Shown piece after piece: positions 24,701 to 36,700 of a stretch of 64,000 nt of DNA (the first letter of the stretch is position 1; the number at the start of each line of letters is the position of its first letter). Made by a program: the position numbers and the translations under genes. The notes under the pieces are model-generated. The model was not told where the DNA came from, searched no databases, and saw only the letters and a list, made by a program, of their open reading frames with translations. The stretch lies in NCBI GenBank assembly GCA_037379345.1, contig CM074515.1:3596001-3660000 (forward strand). The letters run 5' to 3'. This DNA is from Perna viridis. Taxonomy: Eukaryota.

Positions 24701-27700
24701 AGATCAATATGCAATACAATTATTGTAACCTCATTAAATGTGGTATTTTAAATCTTGCCAATTTATTCCTTCTTATAATTGAAAATTGGAATATTGATAA
24801 GTTAATAAATTGGAAGACCACCTATGAATGCTTTTAAAAGAACACCTATCAGGGTGAAGGCATTTGATAGTGTCTGGCATCCTGGTCTCTAGTATAAAGT
24901 TTTTGTCAAGGCATTTGATACAGTATGGCACCCTGTTCTCTGGTATAAAGTTTTGTGAAGGCATTTGATACAGTTGAGCACCCTGGTCTCAAGTGTGAAG
25001 TTTTTGTGAAGATGTTTGATACAGTTGGGGTCCTGGTCTCTAGTATAAAGTTTTTGTGAAGCCATTTGATTCAGTCTGGCACCTTGGTCTCTAGTATAAA
25101 GTTTTTGTGAAAGCATTTGATACAGTCTGGCACCCTGGTCTCTGGGATAAAGTTTTAAATCATACTGTGAATGGAAAAATGTATGACATAATTGTTAATA
25201 TTAGATCACATATATTAAATGGTAGTGAATTTTCAGGTCCCACATGGGTGATAGATATATTGGGAATCTTTCTCCTCTGGTATTTTCCTTATATATAAAT
25301 GTTTGGAAAATATCATGGTTTAAAATCGCCTTTCAAGTCTATCAGACAAGATTCAATAAGTCAATAAATGTTAGGATCTTTTTCCGTTATTGTATGGTGA
25401 AGATACTGCATTATTGTCTGAATTAGAAAATGATTTATCAAGACAGTCAAATACTGTTCAAGATTACTTTGTCTTATAGGCTAAAAACCACTAATTCCAC
25501 TTCCCATAGGCTTCTATGCTAATTTCACAATATTCAATGGCTTCTCTGGACTTTACCTTAACTTTAACCTGCAGAGGACTATATATCAGCATGATTCTAC
25601 ATATGTCAGCTCACAATCCTCAGAATGGCATGTGGGGTTAGCAGACTTGCAGTGCAGTACTGGTCACCGGAAGTGAAGGGTCTATAAATAGCATGGGAAA
25701 TCCCAGTGTTTTCACAAGATAGGGGTATATTTAAAAATCATTATGGAGATTAGGCTTCACATCACAAGAAGCAAAATGCACCTATAAAATGTACAGAAAT
25801 GGTTTTCCTTTCAGAAACTGTTTAAATTTTTTAAATAAGATGAGAACTTTTTTCACAGCACTATGAGGAACAGGGGTAATTTCTGCGTAGGACTATTTTT
25901 GCGTACGTTCCAAATGCTGATTGGTTGAATTGGTGGTCTGTAACCTAAAGAGTCACTTTTTGTCTTAGAAAAAATAAATAACTATACAGGTATCTTCCTA
26001 CACACATACTGAATGCATTTGCAAAGTTTCAGTGAAATGTGACAAGTACTTTTTTAAATATTTGATTTTTAAGTATAGGGTAACCAAGTTGTGCGAGCAA
26101 AAAAGTGACAATATTCTACCATACTTAAATGCATTAAATATTTGCAAAGAACTTTTTCTGACTTTTCAAATAAAAAATATCAATCACAACTTGTTTTTTA
26201 ACAATATTAATGAAGAAATAGTTTTAAAGTAATCATTTTCTGAGAAATTGGTCTATTTTTAAAAATTTATTTCTGACATGCCTCCCCCTTTTTCTTGATC
26301 ACATGTCAAAAATCCCAAATCTTTAAATTTTCACAAAAGGTGATATATTTGGCTTTAAATTTGTAAATACAGTGTTTTCACATTAAAACATGACCAGTAA
26401 AGGGCACCTAAAGCAAAAAAAGTACTCAATAATGGATTTTTCATGTTGCCATAGGGGAATGCTTATATGGCCTTAACCGCAGTAATGAAAGTGAGTTTTT
26501 CCTCATTTCTAACCTAATTTTTGCTCAAATCTACACAAAACTTGATTTCAAGTGCTTATTACCACCATATTTAGGTAAATATAGCCCTCAAAGTTTAATA
26601 TTTGATATTTTTACTAAATTTTCTACACTTTTTACAAGATAGGACATAAAAATCAGCCAAAAAGACCAATTTTCCATAATTTGGACCTATAACTTAAAAA
26701 AATGCATATTTTGAAGGATTTTTGTAGTGTATCTACAAGATCTTCAAGTAGTTTAAAGCTATTTCAAGGAACTTTTTATTTTGCCATGGCTTTAGCTTAA
26801 GGCTAAAAACCACTAATTCCACTTCCCATAGGCTTCTATGCTAATTTCACAATATTCAATGGCTTCTCTGGACTTTACCTTAACTTTAACCTGCAGAGGA
26901 CTATATATCAGCATGATTCTACATATGTCAGCTCACAATCCTCAGAATGGCATGTGGGGTTAGCAGACTTGCAGTGCAGTACTGGTCACCGGAAGTGAAG
27001 GGTCTATAAATAGCATGGGAAATCCCAGTGTTTTCACAAGATAGGGGTATATTTAAAAATCATTATGGAGATTAGGCTTCACATCACAAGAAGCAAAATG
27101 CACCTATAAAATGTACAGAAATGGTTTTCCTTTCAGAAACTGTTTAAATTTTTTAAATAAGATGAGAACTTTTTTCACAGCACTATGAGGAACAGGGGTA
27201 ATTTCTGCGTAGGACTATTTTTGCGTACGTTCCAAATGCTGATTGGTTGAATTGGTGGTCTGTAACCTAAAGAACCTCAAAGTAAAAAGATAAGAGTCAA
27301 ATATTTGTTTTTATTCAGTTTTAACATTTTCTCTTTCGTCTTTTGATATCTGTTACAGATTACTCCCCCTGATTTGGTGACCCAGGTGGTGCTGATAGCA
27401 GAGAGTGCTCGTCTTCAGCAATTGTTAGCTACATATGGTATTCAAACACAAACTCCTCACCAGGTGGAGCCTATGCAGATATGGTCACCAAAGGAATTGT
27501 CAAAAGCTTATGAATATTTAGGTGTCAATAAAAAACTGAAGTTGACTGGTAGACCCAAACGACCATTTGGTGTTTTAAGTACATCAAAGGTAAGCAGATG
27601 TTTAATCATACGATCATACATATGATAAATGTTTTATATATAGATTCTCCTTCAGTTATGAACGGTTTAAATTATTTCTCCATTCCGGATGGTCAAATTA

Positions 27701-30700
27701 AGATCTCAATCTGTTAGCCTTGACAAGCATTTTAAAATTTTAATTCAAATATGACGTCTTTAACAGATTTTGAGACCACAACTGTGGTCAATTTTCAATT
27801 GCCATGTGAGCAGCACATGACTGATTAGGCTTGGCAGTGGGCGTGGCTTGTGTTTGTGTAAATTACTGTCCAGTTTAATCATGTAAACAAAGACACATAA
27901 CATTCCAATGTGTATCGGCTGTTTTCATTCATTTCAGTATCGTGAATGAACCTCAAATTCATTTTTATTAATTAAATGTTATGTTTAGAAAAGTTATATT
28001 ATATTCCGTAAAAAACACAAACACATGTACTCGATAGCACTCGCAACATGCCATGTGAGCCATCATGTATGAAACCAAACAATGACAATTGTCAATGAAT
28101 TAAACATTGTGCCTTTCCATGTGTAAGATACAGCAATAGTTGTTTGTATTATATTGCGATATCTTACATCATGTACTTAATTTGCCCTTTACTTCATTAT
28201 AAAAAAAAACAAAGCAAAGTTTCACTAGCACCCATTTCAACTGACATATCTGGCATAAAGTGTACAGCCAAATATAGACAAATATGGCACATCTAAGGTG
28301 ACCGTAATAGGTCACGAAAATGTAAAAAAAGGTACCGTTGTTGTCCTATTAGAATCAAAATAAATCACAGAAACTCCATTTTATAATTGTTTTACCACGG
28401 GCTATCAGTCGAGTAAAATGATGTGGCATAAATGGTCAGCCCGTGGTAAAACACTGATAAAATGGAGTTGCCGTGATTTAATTCTTAATATTATCATAGG
28501 TAATGGAGAAATAGTTTAAGTCAAGAACAGGCTGAAGGAGAATCTGTTTCTCCCATAAAATCTGTAGAAAACAATCGTGACAAAATTTGTCTTACTGAAG
28601 GCAATGCCAGACATTATTTCATTCTGTCCAGCAGCAATTTTCTTGTTAAACATATAGGGAAAAAGTCAAAATATGCCACTTGGTAAGACATATCAAAATT
28701 ATATTTTGCTAAGACTGAGCAAACTTGGAAAATGTAAAATGACAGGAGTTTAATTACAGATATTTAATCACTAATTAGTGTTTAAAAAGTCATGTATGTT
28801 TTCAATCACTGGCTTAGAATGAAAAAAATCAACTGCAATTGGAATAACACTATTGATACTTAACTCTGTCTTTGTCCACCTATGAAAAGATGAATACAAT
28901 AACATAACAAAAATAGCATGAATCTAAAGCATAACAAGATATTAACTTAAAAAAAACGTATTTATCATTTAAAAAAATTAAAACTTGTTTTATCAAATTA
29001 TTAACATAATTGATGAAGGATTTAAATAAAATATGGAAAATGAAATAGCAGTTTTGACTAAAATAATGCAATCATGATTATTAAAGAATGCAATAATTTC
29101 TGAAGTTACAGTAATTAATTAGAGACTATTAATTGTTCACCTGAGAAGGGAACATCTACAATTTAATTTGTATTGTTGTTAAACCTTGCATTCTACAGCA
29201 CAATTTGGTTAGATATTTGATATTCAGGTTTTCTATATTTTTACTCTATAACTATAGGTATAATCCTTCAAGGTCAATTACATTTTGTTTTTTTTACTCT
29301 ATAGCTATTGGTATAATCCTTCAAGGTCAATTACATTTTGTTTTTTTTACTCTATAGCTATTGGTATAATCCTTCAAGGTCAATTACATTTTGTTTTTTT
29401 ACTCCATAACTATTGGTATAATCCTTCAAGGTCAATTACATTTTGTTTTTTTTTTTGTCATTGTTTTAGGTTTGCTAATTATATTATAATACAATAGTAC
29501 TGGTTAGATAAACATATTAAGGAGATTTTTCTGTCATGTAATGGTCATATTTTCTTCCAGCTATCAAACAGTCAAACCTCCATGTTTTACAGTGGTAAAT
29601 TGGAGCAGGGTTAAACTGGAAATCTGCTCACATTACCTTGGTTAAAATGTATTACTACACACTAAAAAAATTTTACCATAGCATTGTGAAATATTAATAT
29701 GATGATCCTTTGTTAATCATGTCTTTCCTAGATCTACAGAGTATGTGGACAGACTGTATTGTGTTATCCATTATTGTTTGAGGTCAGCGATTTCTACCTT
29801 GCACAAGATATGTCAGTTGTATTGGATGATCTCAAGGTAAGTTACCATAACATTTCTTTGAATGTTTATATGTGTTTTAGATTCTTGTTTTTTAATACTT
29901 TCCCTGATTAGTAGCTTTTGTCCAGCTTTTATAGGTATAGATCACATTGCTTATCCCTCAATATTGTATGCTGGGTTATTTTAGCGGGTGCTGAGTACTT
30001 AAGCCCAGAACAAATATGGCATAATAAGCACCATATGAAAATATCAAGTTGAAATATTTGATTTTTTTTTTTTTTTTTTTTTTGTGTACCAAGTGAGTGT
30101 CAACAGTTACAAATCAGAAGTGTTTTAAATCATGCACCAATGTTTTTTTTTTAAATTCAAAGTGTTGATGCTGAAACAAAACAGAATAAAAAAACCTTAT
30201 CATGCCTCTTGCAAAGTTTGGGGGTATATAGGAAGCACCCCATCTGTCCTTCTGTCTATCCATTGGTCTTTCCACATTCCTTGTAAGTACAACTACTTCT
30301 AAACTGCGTAAAAGATTTTGACGAAATTTTATAGGAAGGTTGAGTATCATATATAGATGTGCATGAAGGAATATTAATACTGGCAGACTCAAAAGGGAGA
30401 TAATCCAAATTATTGGTTTTTCATTTTAAAACCTTATAAGCACAACTTCTCCTAAACCGCTCCAGGGATTTTGAGGAAATTTTATAGGAAGTATGGGTAT
30501 GATATGTAAATGAGTTGATGAAGGAACATAATTACTGATGGAGGACTCCAAAAGGAAATAATCCAAATCATCAGTTTTATGTTACAACCTGGTAAGCACT
30601 TCAGTCCATTTGAAGCAGGGGTGTTCTCTTTGTGAGCTTGCTCACAGTATTTCTAGTTAAAATCATGTTTTAACATTTGTCTCCTTGTACTGCACCTTAC

Positions 30701-33700
30701 CGTCTCATACAACAATAGTTATAGGGTAGTTGACTGTAATTATGAAACTATGCTTACCATTATTTTATTTGCAAAGACTTGAAGGTTGTTGGAATGATAT
30801 ATACCTGTAGACATTTATAACATGTGATTGGTACAGTGCACAGAAATAAACATGTATGTTAATGTTTACACTTGTTTTATCAATATTTATAAAAAGAGGG
30901 TAAGCTATACACTGTAGTGGTATATATATATATATATATATATATAGATGTGTTTTGTTAATACCCTTTATAGATGTATTGCTTGCAAGTTATTGTTCTC
31001 ATGTGAACTCAAAAGGTGCTTTATTTGAATATCATTGTAGTCCTTCACTAACTGTACCATAGTGTTGTATATGTAATTATAAGAGTTTTTCCTGTAGGGA
31101 GTGTTTTGTTTGGACATCAATGGTTGTTTTCACAAAAAGTTGTACAATAAGTTGTAATTTATAATGATATCAAGACATCATTACTGACCATTAATTTTAC
31201 ACTTACAACTTTTAATGAAATCGACCACAGAACTTTAAGTGTTTTAAACCAATGTTAGAAAACAGATCTGGTATTTTAATATAATTATACCTGAAATATT
31301 CTACCTGTTCATCCATCACACCTCTAGTTTACCAGTAAGTTTGTGTTCTGCTTACGGAATGTTGGTTTACATCTTCATGAAACAAATTAATGCATATAAT
31401 ATGCTATGAAGTATTTAAGTTTCTGACTTGAAAATGCAAGGTAGGCATCAATGAAATACATTATAACTGCTTTTTGTGCATTGAGTTATACAATCACTAA
31501 GTTTCAGCATCTGGATATGTTACTACAAGATTGAAGTCATCACTACAGAAGTTTCATGGTCGCCATCCTGAACTCGTGGATCGTTATGGTGTATCCATCT
31601 GCACAGTGGAAACTGATTTATTCAACGTGTCATAGTTTTCCTTTTCTCTTTTGTCTACCCCGGACTTGACTTTTTATGAGCAACTCGGTGGTTGTTTCTA
31701 GAAAAGCAGAGGACACTTACCCTACTAGTGCACCTGGTCCATACTCCCAGTTTTTAGTGGAGTCAGAGTTTCTTATTTGCTTTTGCTAATTTGTATGTAT
31801 TATTTTAGTTACTTTATGTTCTTTGTTGTGTTTGTCTGTTTTCCATGTCTGGTCTTCGTTCTTGGATAACATTCTTTTGATTTCTGCAAGAATCTTGGTT
31901 CCATTGAATACTTTGTCCAATATTAAACAGATTTTTCATTTTTATAGGAAGGTTAAGAATCATTTGTAGGTCTGCAGGAAGGAATATTATTATTGTGCAA
32001 TCCTTAAAGGGAGATAATCCAACTTAAGGATTTATCATTTGAAGTACAGGGTATTCTTTTTGTGAGCTTGCTTGTAGGAATTTTAGGTTGTCTTTCATAT
32101 TATAGATATGTAAGGTGCATGAATTTTAAACTTTGTGTTTTTTTTCTATCTTTTAAAATCACTTGCACAATGCGTGCCTAATTAATTTCTTTATTTTGAA
32201 AAATCCAACATATCTTCTGTTTATTTACTAATTGTACCTGGACATATATCTGAATTGTTTATTATTTATGATTAAAATATCTACCAATAAAAATTTCTAT
32301 ATATTTAATATTAAAGTATTGAATAAGTTTCATTTGTTTGATGTTTTTTACATGTAAGTTTCTAAGCATTATTTTTAGTTTTTATTTGCTGGGCCAAGCC
32401 AGTTTGAAACACTTTTAGATAAGTACAAAATTAAATTTTCTGATGTTATATTCATTTCCAGAATGATTTAGCATTTTTATCTGGGTGTTGGAAGTTGGCA
32501 GGAAGGCCCACATTCTGTATGCTGATTAGGGAGAATAACATCAGGTAATGAACCATATGTCTGTGAATGCTTTTTGTGGACCTGTTAAAGTTAATGGCAA
32601 CTTAAATTTTACCATGAATAAGGCAATGTGTTTTAATGACACCATACACCATCATTATTTTCAGTGATGCATTGTCTTGGTTTATAGTTTGCATAGAAAT
32701 TAGCAAATAGTTCATGGTCATTGAATTTTTGGGGCAACTGACCGGTCCATATATTGCAATCATGAACTATTTCCTATATATAATACTTTTCATTGTAGTT
32801 TGCTCTGAATCATTTGTGTGAAAGAAAAGAGAAAAATATACACAACTTCTTAGATTATGATGTCAAGTTCTTCATTTGAAGGCGAGGAGGACCACATCAT
32901 TTCCTGCCAGTCAATATGATGTTATATGGACTGGCAGTTATATCTAAGAAAGTAAACAAATAAAACTCTTAAAAGTATAATGTTAGCAAATACATATATC
33001 ATTATATTGGCTTACAATATATGTTCAAGATATATATGAAAATCTTCTTTGTTTTCAGAGGTCCCAACTTTACAGAGTTTCTAGATTTATTGTCAATGTT
33101 TAAAAGAGGTGATGTAGATGGTGTCAGGGTCAGGGTTGGGAAGCTACAGGTATCTACTGATTCTAAACAAGATTTTAAAATTTAACTAGGCATGTGTTTC
33201 CTGATACATGTAATGTTCTGTGTGTTGTGGACAAATTTACTATCGTTTTATATTTTACTACACATTGCATTTAAATTCATGACTTCAAACATTTGAATAT
33301 TTGGTATTGATAAAACAAGAGACTTTTAAAATAACTGTGTCAAAAAAATAAGTAAGTGTCAGTACTGTAAAATCTCAGTATGATTTTAACTGTCACAGTT
33401 TTATGACAAAAGTTATCTGTGAATGTTTCAGTCGATGATATCGTCAGCCTGTATGGAACACTTAGATTTTCTTGATTCTGTTGGAGATGATGTATTCCAA
33501 AGATTTGAAGAGAAGAGTGTTACACAAAGTTTTAAGAGTTTAACAGAAATTCCAAAACTTCCAGAAATTATAGAAGAACATGGTTTAAGAGAAGAGGTAT
33601 ATACAACAATGTATTGACCTATGGATATGTTTTGTGGTGAGAACTCCACTAAAATGTGATTTTTTTGGTTCCTGTTTGAACAATAAAATATGTTTAAACT

Positions 33701-36700
33701 AAAAGACAAAGAACTTTGGATTTTAAATGCAAATGCGTCAACTTATTGATATTTTTAAAAGTCTTTCAATTGAAATTATTATTATACAATTGGGGGAAAA
33801 TGCTTATTAAGGTTTGTCATACCTATTATACAGTTGGGGGAAATGCTTATTAAGGTTTGTCATACCTATTATACAGAGCATTTTCTTTTCTGTCATCTTG
33901 CAAAATCATACAAACATATATTTTTTCAATGAACTAACAGTTTTTGAATTGATGTGAAAATAATATATTTCAGTTATTTACAGAGAATTTTTTACTTTAA
34001 TACTTGTATGGTGAAATTACAAACATTAAAGGTAAAAAAACCTTATTTAAGGGGAGATAATTAATGTGAAAATTCTTTCAAAAGGGTGATGATTGGAGGA
34101 TGTTCTATAGAAATGTAATGGGAATTTAAATTTTTTCTGTGTAAAAAAGAAAATATTTAGATCACCCCAGTTTTCTTTTTGAAATATAAAAAAGAATGCA
34201 TGTTAAGGATTTCTTTATTTAAAAACATAAACAATTCTATATACCAGTTTTTTAATAGTTTGCAAAATAGTGAAAATTCCTGACAGAATCCGTATAAAAT
34301 GTTGTAAAAATTGCTTTTACTAATGCTCAAATATCTCAAAATCATGTTTTGTGTCCTATGTTTATACATTAAAATTTTAAAGTATTTTCATTGGTTTAAA
34401 AATATTTTATTTTATTGTTCAAACAGGAACAAAAGGTATAAGACACAAGTTTCCCAAATTAGTGGATTCCTTTCTATATTGGAGTCTTCTCTATAGTGGA
34501 GTCCTCTCTATAGTGGAGTTTTCTCTGTAATGGAGTCCTCTTTATAGTATACTCCACTTTATAGTGAAGTCCTCTCTTTAGTGAAGTCCTCTCTGTAGTG
34601 GAGTCTTCTCTATAGTGGAGTCCTCTCTATAGTGGAGTCTTCTCTATAACACATATACATAGAGCAATATGAAAAAAAGATAATACTAATTGCTTTACAT
34701 CATTTACCTATGCACATACATACTGGGGAGAAGTGAATTAATATGAATAATGATAATAAAAAAGCAATATATATAGGTCATCTTTGGGAATTGTATATAA
34801 AGATTGTATTAAACATATTAACATTGTTATATCCATGGCTTGGAAGCAAATAGTGATTGGAATGTTTGTCCCTCAACTCCTGTAGATTTTAATGAAATTT
34901 TGAAGTTATGTGAATTAGCTGATTTTTAGTTTTAAATGTATTTGGATACTTAACTTTAACTTGACTGCTGATACAATAGTGGGGATATCATATTTCACTC
35001 CTTCAATACTATACAGTTTGAACTATTTGAGGTAAGACTTCCAGAAGTTAATTATACCCCTTACTAAGAAAGTTTAGGGGAATCCCCTTGTCTGTCTATT
35101 CATTTCTCCATCAATATGTCTGTCTTACATCATTTTCTTTATATGCAAACTTTCCCCTAAATGTTGTCACAGCCATGCAACAAAGTTGTAAAGGATAAAG
35201 TGTTATTGAAGTGTCCATTCATTCTTTAATCCATCTCTCAATAAGTTAGTCCTCTTTTTGAAAATTTCATCTCTTATAAAACTACTGAACTGAACTCCAC
35301 AAAACTTGGTAAGTTTGATCCCTAAAATTTTATGGGAGTTTGAACTAACTGATGTATCTTGTCATTGCAACTCCTCTTAAACTACAGAATAGAATTTCAC
35401 TAAACTTAGTAAAGACACAATAATTTAGAGAATTTTATTCTCTCAATTTTTGTGGAAGTTGTGTCTATTTGAGCTATATCTTGAAGTACACTTCTGATGA
35501 ATCTTGTCATTGCTACTATTAAATGGAATTTTTAATCACAATATTTAGGATTTTATTTGGCATACGAAAAATTTTCAGAGTGAGATAACTACTGTTGGAT
35601 CACCTCTTGTTTTCAGAATGAGATAACTACTGTTGGATCACCTCCTTGTTTTATCAATAACTTTAACTTATTGCTGATTAAATTCTTTCTCATACTACAG
35701 GAGGTGTACTAAGAAATATCGACAATTTCTAATGACAACATTACATCTGATTGATGGTGTTGTTGTTGATAAACATTATTTCTCAATATAATATCACATC
35801 CTATCTACTTCAATGGGATTTTGTTTGTCTGAACGGCAGTTATGCTGTATATGTTTGTTGTAATATAAATAAACTTTGAATCTCCAGCCAACACTGTAAT
35901 TTGTTCATTATATTTTATCATTTAAAAAAGTGTTAGGTTTGTAAATCTGTAATATTTGAGCAATGATTAATTTGTTTATAGGAATTATTGTATAAAGCCA
36001 CCTGGGACTTAGTGGAAAAATTTAAACATACCCAAGGGCTTCATTCTAGAAGTTTAATACTCAAAACACTGTACCAGAGAGAAGGTGCTAACTTTTATAT
36101 AGATGATCGACCAATAACACAGAGAATAGATAAGTTAATACACAAAGCTGGTGTATATAAGGAATGGAGAGTTGTACGGTTATGTTCTGCATTATTAGGT
36201 AAACTGGTGGATAGCTTAGCTCCTTCTATTACTACCATATTAGTGAGAGGGAAACATGTAAGTATACAGTACTATCAATTTAACTTCAAGTATAAAAAAA
36301 ATAGTATATGTATGCAGTAATGCAATTTCAATTTAACTTGATTGAAGGGTGCTCCTCTTATTTCACATTTTCTCTTGAAACACAGGGAAACTTATAAGGG
36401 ATGTCCATTTTTAAAGTGCAGCTGTTTGAAGTAAATAAAATATTAAAATACTTTTTATTTTATGCCTCCACATTTTGCATATAACTTACACACCCCAGAG
36501 CAGATTATTTACTCCCTGTACAAATAGTTTACATCCCTTTACAGATAACTTATTGCCGTGTACATATAACTATAATCTAATTAAAATTCAATCTTGCAAT
36601 CCGGTATTCTGTTATCTCACACACTACAGAACAGAAAACTGGGACCTGAGAGATTGGCAATTGATATTTAGGAGCAAAGAAACACTATGTTTCATACCTT

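Noticed and set aside
25479-27267. LTR retrotransposon or TRIM interpretation of the 467-bp direct repeats
   Set aside because: Ends are GG...CC with inverted termini and TWWA flanks, not TG...CA; no PBS, PPT or gag/pol remnants.
34427-34435. Possible 9-nt PHKB micro-exon (aaacag|GAACAAAAG|gtataa, EQK, frame-preserving)
   Set aside because: It lies inside one arm of a transposon-like inverted repeat, and exons 17 and 18 already align to PHKB without it. It would need RNA-seq support.
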